Shown in pieces: positions 53,400 through 64,000 of a DNA stretch of 64,000 nt. The notes below the pieces were generated by a model that was not told where the DNA came from, did not search any database, and saw only the letters and a list, made by a program, of their open reading frames with translations. The position numbers were made by a program, and so were the translations under genes. Source of the DNA: Octopus bimaculoides. Lineage: Eukaryota. The stretch lies in the NCBI RefSeq assembly GCF_001194135.2, contig NC_068997.1, forward strand, positions 11,501,841-11,565,840. Reading direction: 5' to 3'. The first letter of the stretch is position 1, and every line of letters starts with the position of its first letter.

Positions 53400-54094
53400 T
53401 ATATATGTACCTATACATGTGTGTACGCATGTATGTATGAACAGACATGCGTATATCGTTAAATGTCCGGTGTGGCCTCTCAGTTTCCGGTGCATTCACA
53501 TTAAGCGTCACGTTGGCATATGCATTCCATTATAACGCATTAAGGGCCAATGTCTTACGAATAAAATTTCTTGATTGTTCAGAATCTTTGAATGAATCTC
53601 GTTTCCATTATAGCAAGCATAGTGCACGCTACATACTAGACTAACTGTGTATAAAGGCAAAGCATCAGCACACACACAACTATATAAAATACATATGTAT
53701 ATATATATATATATANNNNNNNNNNNNNNNNNNNNNNNNNNNNNNNNNNNNNNNNNNNNNNNNNNNNNNNNNNNNNNNNNNNNNNNNNNNNNNNNNNNNN
53801 NNNNNNNNNNNNNNNNNNNNNNNNNNNNNNNNNNNNNNNNNNNNNNNNNNNNNNNNNNNNNNNNNNNNNNNNNNNNNNNNNNNNNNNNNNNNNNNNNNNN
53901 NNNNNNNNNNNNNNNNNNNNNNNNNNNNNNNNNNNNNNNNNNNNNNNNNNNNNNNNNNNNNNNNNNNNNNNNNNNNNNNNNNNNNNNNNNNNNNNNNNNN
54001 NNNNNNNNNNNNNNNNNNNNNNNNNNNNNNNNNNNNNNNNNNNNNNNNNNNNNNNNNNNNNNNNNNNNNNNNNNNNNNNNNNNNNNNNNNNNNN

Positions 54095-54167
<73 letters not shown>

Positions 54168-54833
54168 CATATATATATATATGAGTTTTATCTTTGGTGC
54201 TGTTCATAAGCGATGCATTAATTTGTGTATATATATATATATATATATAGAAATTAAAATATTTCATTTTCATATTTTGTAACGACACATATATGCAGTG
54301 TCAAGATACCAACGCAAGAACGCTTACATATCACTCATAATATGTCCCTGTTATTTACAGCATACACATGCTATGTGTACAGAAAATAAATACACACCAT
54401 ATCTCTTGGATTACTTAAAATAATTCAGAACAGTTTAAATAAATAAAAATATATAAAATAAAGAAATATAAAGAAAATCGATGTGATTTTACTGGCGAAG
54501 TATAACATTTTGGTAAAATTGGTTAGATTTATTGAGTTAGAGATAAAGAACATTTTTTTTTTTTTAATTTAGGACAGACAGTTCGATGTTGTCTGATATC
54601 TGAGTAACGCATTTGAACACGAATACACGCGCGCGCACGGCCAAGCTCACACCCATATATGCGTATCATATATGTGTGCGTGTGTATGTGTGTATATGTA
54701 TTGTGTATGAATTATACATATATATGCCTGTGTGTGTTTGTGCCTCCATATATATATATAGAGAGAGAACAAGATAACACTTTATACTTACAGCTATATG
54801 CACGTGAATATGAATGAGCGAGTGTTTACGCTT

Positions 54834-54886
54834 GTCTGTATAAGTATATATGTGTGTCTGTATAAGTATATATGTGTGTCTGTATT
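54834..54886. repeat. 22-bp minisatellite (GTCTGTATAAGTATATATGTGT), 2+ copies
   Basis: Direct read. Confidence 0.85.
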
Positions 54887-55348
54887 TATGTTGTACGTGT
54901 GTTTGTGTGTGTGTAAGTCTGTGTATTTATTTGTATAATTGTTTGATATGCACGTAAGCAAGTAAGTAAGCACATATGTACATATATACATACANNNNNN
55001 NNNNNNNNNNNNNNNNNNNNNNNNNNNNNNNNNNNNNNNNNNNNNNNNNNNNNNNNNNNNNNNNNNNNNNNNNNNNNNNNNNNNNNNNNNNNNNNNNNNN
55101 NNNNNNNNNNNNNNNNNNNNNNNNNNNNNNNNNNNNNNNNNNNNNNNNNNNNNNNNNNNNNNNNNNNNNNNNNNNNNNNNNNNNNNNNNNNNNNNNNNNN
55201 NNNNNNNNNNNNNNNNNNNNNNNNNNNNNNNNNNNNNNNNNNNNNNNNNNNNNNNNNNNNNNNNNNNNNNNNNNNNNNNNNNNNNNNNNNNNNNNNNNNN
55301 NNNNNNNNNNNNNNNNNNNNNNNNNNNNNNNNNNNNNNNNNNNNNNNN

Positions 55349-55391
<43 letters not shown>

Positions 55392-56334
55392 GTATATATT
55401 CAGACACGTCTGCACACTGCTGTGATAAATATATTTAAAAATACGCCTATTTATAGAAAAAAGAACATCTTTACAGAAAATAAAAAGGAAAGCAATTATA
55501 CATATTTTATTTCCCAGCATAAACATTTTATTTCTACTCCGGAACTTTCTGCAGATATACATGCTCCAACTAGACGCGTAATTAGTGTAAAAAGTAACAA
55601 GGTGTGTTGATGAAGAAATATAGCTAAGTATGTCTAAACAGTTGTTCTAATTATTTGAAAAGATAGTATTCCAATAAAATTAAATGAACTGGAATACGCT
55701 TCTGTATAATGATTTTCCTCGACTTCAGGACTGATATAAAAATCAGTAAACAGCGCGCACAGAAAATAACATGCTACCTCGTTTAGTCTTGTTGATTAAT
55801 ATGTTTTGTTGTATACGGAGTGAACTATCGCTTAGAAGCTCTAAACCTGAGTCAACGATACAAACGGGAAACAAACTCGTATTATCGCGCATTTTAAATA
55901 CCATAAATGTTCATTAGCGTTTTTTATGAAGGATTGATCATCTACATTTATCGACTACTAATAGCATATGTTTGGAGAAGTAATGATATACTTCCCCTAC
56001 GGTGCAATAGAATCTATGTTTTTCTTCCCATTAGTCAGTCAAAACTAAACTTACTTGCGGTCATTGCTCCTCACAGAATACAGTTGCCGTTCCAGTTTAA
56101 TTTCAATCACTCGCCTTCAAATTGAAAAGCAGCAATCATAATATGTGTACGTGATTGAAGCTATAATTGGTCACTTGCAACAACTGAATTATCTAGTATA
56201 ACTCTATTTAATGGAATCCACTGATTTTTCCGGCGTGGATTTATTTCTAAAAAAAAAAGACGATAATCAAATTTTGACTCGGCTTCAGATCTGTTGTAAA
56301 TAGTGGCGGTAAGTTACAGAAATCACATGTTGAA

Positions 56335-56905
56335 AACCCTAAAGATTTGGGCTATCGAACGCCTATACAATCTTCGCAACTGATTAAACCTCTCCCGCCC
56401 TTTCTTCTGGACAAGTACAGCTATCAGTGTTATTATTAGGGTGGAAGGATCCTTGTTCTCTCAACATTTTTCTGGTCTTGGTATTCGTTTTCTTCATTTA
56501 TCTCTTTAGCCATTTTATAATTAACGCTCCATACCGAAGTAATAATAATCGCCCACGTATTAACTGCCTATATTTTATTACATCCAGTCAAATTTGAGCG
56601 CAACACCAACCTCAGTCTTCGGAAATACTCCGTCCCCAGTTGCTCTTTCATTTCGTTTCAATTTGTTTGATCAAGTCTCTGTTCGGAAATTCTATCCCTG
56701 CTCGAGATTTACCTTACCTCTTTTTAGGTAGATTATTCAGCAATTTTTTAGTCCAAATTCCATTCTAATATCAGTACTAAAACAGTGGACCGTGTTCACC
56801 ACAGAACTCAGTTGTATATCATCTTTTTCATACAGTTTCAAATCATTCATGAAGTGGAGGTAGTTCATTATTTGGGAATTTTCCTTTAGTTGGTACTCCA
56901 GGTTC
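56335..56905 (-). mobile_element. R4/Dong-like non-LTR retrotransposon RT relic
   Basis: Minus-strand translation gives NYLHFMNDLKLYEKDDIQLSSVVNTVHCFSTDIRMEFGLKNC (the FMDDLKLY and GMEFGLxKC motifs), then EYFRRLRLVLRSNL..NKI*AVNTWA..TKTRKML..FHP..LYLSRRKGGRGL. It carries deletions and frameshifts. Confidence 0.88.
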
Positions 56906-59230
56906 TGAACTATGTGTCAATATATTAGCGATAGCAACGAAATATTCACTATTATTAAAAAAATAATTGGAAGCCACATCAAGTAATGACTCCGTAGATA
57001 CACTATTCATGGAGGAAACATTCCTGTTTGTTATGTTTGGAATCCTATGAAGAACATGAATCCTGATGTTTCATTAGAACATAAATTTTGTAGAGAACAC
57101 GAAAATCATTAAAAGTGATTTTTGATATTCGTCTGTTACTAATTTCACAAGATTTGAAGGTGAAATGAGACCTTCGCATTATAGGTGTAGGAAACTAAAA
57201 TCCAAATGTCAGCTGCTCCTCACAAAATATCTTCAATTACAATACCTTAATTAAGAGACGAGGACATTGGCATTTACTCAGAATAGATTAATTTATATTG
57301 CTTTATTAATGCAGGATAAAAGGTCTTTTTAAGCGATTTTATACTTGTACGAAAGGCAACAAATGAATTTGTCAAGCCACTCTAGAATTTATCATTGTGA
57401 TATTGACCGCATAATGATATGGTGTATTCGATATATGAGCTAACAACTAACAAAGATAAAAGTAAAATCCATACCATGTCCTGTTTATCTCCTACTTGCG
57501 ACTATTATACACCAGTATATCGAAAGAAAGTGTAAAAGTAACATATAGAATAATATTTCTAGAAACACCTCTCAACTATATATCAATGTTATTTATAAAC
57601 CATAGTAATTATATATTGCTATTGATATGAAGTATTTGATTTTAAATCCGAAAGATAAACGAAAAACGCAATTGCGTTTATCAGATATATTGCCTCAAAG
57701 CATCTACTGAAGTCGAATGACTCGTATCACGACGCAAACCAGTTTTTTAGCACCTGTCAATGATTAATATCTCAATTTGTCCAAATGATACAGGATAAAA
57801 TATGTATTGTTTTGCTTTTGAGTACGGTATTTTAAGTGCAGAATACTTATATAATAACTTGCAAGAGGAAGGAAAACTAAATTTGCGGAAACAACAAGGA
57901 ATGGTTTGAATATAATTATTTCCATCATTTTAGTTTTCAAAAACAAAGGCTTTGGTAGTATAAATTTTGTAGAATCTATATTGGTGAATTGGAGACATTT
58001 GTCTCCAAACAAAAGAGTAAAATTTACTGTTCTTTGCAATTGCATAAATGTTTGTTAATGACAGCCATTTTTGTGACTGCTTATACATAAGTTGGAAGTT
58101 ACGTATTTTTTTATTAGAATGTGTTGTGTTTTAAGAATTGATGTTCTTTAAATTTACGGCTATTTGATATTTGAAACCCTGGTATAAAAATTAGCAGCAA
58201 TGGAGAATATTTTCTTTGCACTATCCTAAAGAAAATCAAATTTATGTATAAACAAATATATTTGGTGAAATTGCATTAAAAATAAAGTGTATGCCAATTA
58301 CTCTATATTAGATGCAAATAAAAAGTGTATTAAGTGTAAAATATATTACATAGCTACGGTAACGCCATTAAGCTATTTTTCTTAGATTTCTAAAATATGT
58401 ATGATGCTCATTTTTGTATCTTGATTTTATTTCTTTTATGCAAACTTCAGTTATAAGACTTCTATCGCAAATAAAAAAAAAAAAAACGTTGCACACAAAA
58501 TATCAGTGAACTTGATATTTTTTATTAATTCGTTTCTTACAAGTGATAATCTCTATACAACACAATTTTTGCTTATAACAGTTTTTAAAGTGTTTCTTTC
58601 TCTGCTTATAACTCGCTGATATAAGTAAAAATAAAACAGTCTACTAGAAACAGGAGATTTGATTTTAGAAAAGGAAATACACAGGAAATGACGAGAAACT
58701 AGGTGAAGTAAATTTGCTTTTCCGAATCGAGTAGCGTGCTTGCGAATCTTCGCGAAAAGGTATAGAATCAGACGATCCGACCAAATAAGTAGATATACTT
58801 CATTCCATGATATCAAAAACACACACCAGTGGAATAACATTCATTGTAAATTATATACACGGCCGTTGCTTGCAGATTATAAAGTAATGCGTTTCAAGAG
58901 CAAACAGGCTCAGTCTTCAACCACAACTTTAAAATGGATATGCAAAACCATCGTCCATATAGAAAAATATTATTGTGGCGAAGAAACAGATACGAAATGA
59001 TTGCTTTATGGATGTAAAATTCCCTTAAGAAAGCTAGCAATAAGCATAAGTACGTTGATAAAATTTTGTTGGGTCTTTTGAAACTCTCAAGAATGAAGAA
59101 TACATAATGTAAACTTTTAGAAATATCGACTGCTGTCCTTGGTTCCATTCTGTATAAGTGTGAAACATATATCAAAGACTTACATCTAAGACCTAATAGC
59201 GGTTTCAAATTTTGTCACAATATCAATAAT

Positions 59231-59393
59231 TTTGAGGGAGAGTGTAAGTCGATTACTTCGACCCCAGTACTCAACTGGTACTTATTTTATCAACCCCGAA
59301 AGGATGAAAGGCAAAGTCGATCTCCTCGGAATTTGAATTCGAAGCGAAAAGACGGACGAACTACCGCTAAGCATTACGTCCCATTCGTTGCCT
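59231..59393 (-). mobile_element. SINE family B copy
   Basis: AGTCGATTACTTCGACCCCAGTACTCAACTGGTACTTATTTTATCAACCCCGAAAGGATGAAAGGCAAAGTCGA..GGAATTTGAATTC matches the family core. Confidence 0.9.
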
Positions 59394-62300
59394 TGTAATA
59401 CTTAGAACTAAACCTTAAAAGATCTCGTTATTACTTTGTGGTTTTAGTGCATCTGCAGTGAAGGCCGAAAGAAACTAATAGCCTGCACCAGGCGTAGGTT
59501 ATCTAGAGCTTATATACAGCTCTTTCAAAGAATCCCTCATTAGCATTATTTACCACACCTCCAATACAGCAGATCCTTATTCCCGTCTGACTGGATATTC
59601 TATTTCTTGGTATGATATTATAGTGAACATTCAAGTCCTGTAACATTTGGTGTTCAGATTGGCTTAAACTTGGTTGCAATGCAAGACATTTGCAAACGCG
59701 CACGATGTGCTAGTCCGATCTTTCCTTTTGGATCCTAATACCATGATGTTCTTGATATATGTGAGACAACTATCTATGTATCTTACGTGTATCCTTTAGC
59801 TTAGTTGCATCAGTTAAAAGTCGGATATTCACGTATTTCATTGGATCTAAGCCGTAGGTTCTGCTTTTTCTTTCTGCCTTTATTCTTTCCTTTCATATGC
59901 AGATATTTTGCTTAATCTTTTAAAATTATTACATGTATTTCTTAATTCAGCTATTTTCTCCTCACTTACCGCTGTGTATTTAATGCCAAACGTTTGAATT
60001 TTATTGCTAACTTCTGCGCGGCCCTAAGTTGAAGAGCGGGGATTAACTTTCGATCTGTACTTATAATAAATGTATAAAACAAGATACATTTAAACCTTCG
60101 GTTCGTTCACTAAAATGTTAGAAGAGGTAGGATCACTATAAAATCAATTTTGAAGGAAATGTCAATTGCCTGTTTCCATAAAATAAAATAAATATAAGAA
60201 ATTCGAGCGGAAAACTTTATCCATTCACTGAAAATAGCCTCAAAAAGTCTACTTTTATCATTTTATAATTCTTCTTCTTTTTCTATCTTTTTTTGTTTTG
60301 AATTTATCCAGAATTAACTGTTATAAATTAATATAAGACAAAGTTCGATACGTAAGAAAGGACAATGTGTGATTGAGGAGGCTTGAAATGGAAATATCAC
60401 ATCTATGTCAAAAGTAATGAAATTTTGCTGTTAAACGTCATATTTATATTGAGTATGAAATTATTGAAAGACTTATGTTAATAGATTATGTTTGATAATT
60501 TTGTTTCTTTTTCTATTTATCTACTGAAGTCTTAGAATAAATAGATCTGTCTCATTCGTTAATACAACTATAATGGACTCAATCTCAATTCAATCGCAAA
60601 AAATACAGTTCAAATAAACGTATACATTGAAGTACTGCGGAAGTGTTAAGAGAAAACAAGACTTCTTCAGTATACATTGATATGTTTGGGTGTCTTAAAC
60701 AATCGTGATTCTAAATGTTTGAAGGGTTTCGATACTATAGAAAACTAATAAAGAAGAAGTTAGTGAATTGTTTAAAATTTAGAGACTGTATATGGAGTAG
60801 GTGCTCGCATTGAGTAAGGGATGTGGAGATGCCACACAGGTTCAAATCCATCTCTTACCTCAGTTCGAATGTTCTGTACTATACGAATATGTCACAACCA
60901 AACAAAATGCTTTGACAGGTAGAATAAATCTGTTTTGTTAGCCATTATAAGGCAAGGCCTCACCAAGTGAATTTCTGTTTGTTCATGCATGTGCAGGCTG
61001 ATTTGGTGGTGATAGGGTGGGATTAATAGTGAATTCAAAAGCGGAAAAGTAGTTTCAACAAGAAATGAAGAATGGGGAGAGCATAACAGCACAAATCAGG
61101 GGCTGTAAGCAACCAGGGTTCTTGAAATTGTCTTGATTTTGTATCAAAATAATTCTGAACCAGAGATAGAATGACGTCATTCACACACACAGATACACAC
61201 ATTTTCTCTTTCTCTCCATTTTCCCTCTCTCTCTTCTTGTCTCTGTTTCTCTTTCTCTCTGTCTGTCTCTCTCACACACGCATCTAAAGAACTCTCCAAA
61301 AAATGCATTCCTAATTTGCATCCTATAAAAGACCGACCGTAATTAGAAATGATGAAGATAACGACTGAGTGTGCCGAACCATTATGAGCAACTTAGCAGA
61401 CTTTTTTAGGATTCCACTGCTCCACAACCTGGGTAGGAAGGTACAATACTTATTCTAAACAATACATGCTTCGATTGTATTGGCTAGAATTACGCAATAT
61501 ATATTTGCCCATATCGTTTTATCAATCCTCCTGGGTATGTATATTTGTTAATTTGCTTGTCTGCCAATTTGTTGTCGTCTACTGTTAGCTTTTCTCGCTA
61601 TTGTATCCATTTATTTTTTTTATCTATTGTCTGATTTTTCTCTAAACTATTGCCGGAGTTTACTTTACAGACTTCAGGATAATTCACTCTGCATTTGTAT
61701 GGCATATATATAGGTAAAGGATTAGATTTATATCCAAGCAACTGTCAAGCTCGTTACAAAATAGATATAGGTAAAGTTATCTACTTTTGCTTTTTAGAGT
61801 GAAAAAATGAAATGCATTAATCCGAACATAACAACTAGAAAATATTCGCGCAACACATCTAGTCTATAAAGTAAAACATTAAACGCAGACTGGTTCAGCA
61901 CCCAAAGCATTTTTATGAACTGCATGATAGCAGTATATAGTTCGCACATTATAATAGACATAATTTACATCACTCGATACATAAAACGATGTTGTCATAT
62001 AAATGAAATAGTATCTTTTATTTGTTACTTTTCCTCACAAAAGCGCACGCCATGAGATATTTCATATTTCATATAGACAGGAAACTCTTCCTATTATAAA
62101 ATCAAGAAAGCAATGTAGAACGAATTTTCACGTCTAAAACTCAAAGAGAATTTTTATATTCCACTTATTACATTCATTATGCTCACAATTCACATTAGTA
62201 TAATACTTAAAAACATCAAACTACTATCGTGGCTGCTAAAAGTCATGGGAAAAGAGAAGGTTGCTACTGTATACTTGTGGACAACAGTAGCCATTCAAGT

Positions 62301-62699
62301 CATTGATATAACAACATAATTAAAGAGATATTTGAAAGCGATGCAATTCAGTAACGAGAATAGTAATTAAGTATAATTTTACTAGTCATCATCTTTAGAA
62401 GTATTGCTTCATTTCCAGTAAGCGATATAGTTTATCAGAGTTTATATAATGCAATATAATGAGGATTTGTACGATTTATATCCATACTAACATCGTTGTG
62501 AAAATTTTATCTAGGAAGGAACGTGCGATTGACTTTAATCTATTATACTGATATGGTTACCGAAACTTATGCGTTTTTTATGACAAATGGTATAGACCAA
62601 AAAGTTCTGTGTAGACAAATGGCATGGACCCCAAAGTTCCCGATACGCAAGTTACCCAGAAATTCAAGTAGTGTATCAGTAGAGATTACTGCTATTATA

Positions 62700-62880
62700 T
62701 ATTTCTCTCCTTGTTTCTTCCCTTGTTTCTTTCCGTGTTCCTTTCTGTAGAAGAGCGTAGGCTCGAAACATTAAAGACTTTCCCAATTCCCGAGCGTTAT
62801 ATTTTTTGTGGATTCTCCCTATATATAACTTTAACGCATCACAGCCCGACGATGGTTTAACTGTCCGAAATATAGACTTC
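62700..62880 (+). mobile_element. Penelope-type terminal-repeat-like fragment with decayed hammerhead-like motifs
   Basis: GAAGAGCGTAGGCTCGAAAC (62750-62769) and CCGACGATGG..TGTCCGAAA (62846-62870) follow the CUGANGA-stem II-GAAA layout, with mismatches. The family call is inference. Confidence 0.45.
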
Positions 62881-63030
62881 AATTTAAAGAACATTCTTGT
62901 TTAAGAATGATAATGAATTTGTACTCTAAAAATGTATAGAGTAACAGATCATACTAGTATAAAATGGTTCTTACTATAACTGATCATAAAAAGAAACTTA
63001 TACGAAGGATAGGTGAAAAAGCACAAAAAT

Positions 63031-63234
63031 ATTCTTTTCTACTCTCGGCCCGAAAATTTTGGGGAGGAGACCAGTCGATTAGATCGACTCCAGTACGCAG
63101 CTGGTACTTAATTTATCGACCCCGAAAGAATGAAAGGCGACCTCTGTGAAATTTGAACTCAGAACATAAAGGCAGAAGAAATACCACGAAACATTTCGCC
63201 CGGTGTGTTGAAGTGTCTGCTATCTCGCCACCTT
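63031..63234 (-). mobile_element. SINE family B, tail type 2
   Basis: ATTCTTTTCTACTCT..AAAATTTTGGGGAGG..GTCGATTAGATCGACTCCAG..CTGGTACTTAATTTATCGACCCCGAAAGAATGAAAGGC..TTTGAACTCAGAAC; it pairs with 21913-22100. Confidence 0.9.
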
Positions 63235-63659
63235 CAAGAAGCCAAGAATAGTAAAAGAATTATAGAAATCTTTTCAAAAAACGAAACTAAAAAAACGAGA
63301 CAAAAACAGGTATAACACTTCATTTAAATGCATGAAATATCTTTAACTCACAGTGCATTACAGAGAATAGAAGGATGCATGCATAGACACGCACACTGCA
63401 CAGACGCACACACACACTGCACAGACGCACACACACACATACACAAACTGAAAAAAAATAGCTACACAGATGAGACCAGTGATGTAATGTATGTTAAAAA
63501 ACATTTAATACATTTAATGTAATGTCATTAAATACATTTCAATGTGATTTTACACCTGTTGTTTTCTCTTTAATTCTTTAAAAAAGTTTTTGAAAATTCA
63601 CTTGTTCTTATCGATTTTTGCATAGGTTTTGCTTATATAACAAGAGCTGTAGAAAAATA

Positions 63660-64000
63660 TCTACCCATGTTCATATATGTATATATGGATACATAGATAT
63701 ATAGTATATATAAATAATATATATGAATATATATATTATATATCGATATATATGTATGTCTATATATATACATATATATATACTTATATACATGTATATA
63801 CTTATATGTATATATATGTGTATTTACTTCTTAAAACTCGTTAACAGTACCGTCATAGATAAACAGGAAAATAACAAACGCGCGCACACATACAGGTATA
63901 TAAATAATATACATATTATATATACATATATATACATATATATGCATATATACATATATACATATATATATACATATTATTTATATATACATACATATAT
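63660..64000. repeat. Degenerate (TA)/(TACA) low-complexity tract
   Basis: Direct read. Confidence 0.9.

Noticed and set aside
55771-55917. 48-aa ORF with a signal-peptide-like start (MLPRLVLLINMFCCIRS)
   Set aside because: Short, with a weak donor and no recognisable mature peptide or processing sites; expected by chance.
58690-59208. Overlapping 86-104 aa ORFs on both strands
   Set aside because: No recognisable motifs or convincing splice boundaries.
60795-60880. GGTTCAAATCC B-box and tRNA-like segment
   Set aside because: No cloverleaf pairing could be built; at most a decayed SINE head, not a tRNA gene.

Overview
AT-rich eukaryotic DNA with very dense microsatellites and about 19 N-gaps (roughly 5 kb), most gaps abutting (TA)n, (GA)n or (CA)n tracts. 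The repeat landscape (tRNA-derived SINEs, mariner/Tc1 relics, Penelope-like elements, L1/Tx1-like and R4/Dong-like LINE relics) looks like a coleoid cephalopod, probably an Octopus short-read assembly; this is inference from recalled repeat families, not a database result. No host protein-coding gene could be recognised. Nearly all long ORFs in the track are artefacts of N-runs or simple repeats, and every recognisable protein remnant is transposon-derived and disrupted. The best-supported points of interest are: (i) a SINE whose 3' tail matches the 3' end of an L1/Tx1-like LINE in the same window; (ii) that LINE sitting inside a (GATA)n array; (iii) one SINE head/core carrying different 3' tails; (iv) several foldback or palindromic transposon derivatives; (v) decayed hammerhead-like motifs in a Penelope-type repeat. 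Several phase-compatible small-exon models exist on both strands, but they are speculative because splice-like signals occur often by chance in sequence this AT-rich.
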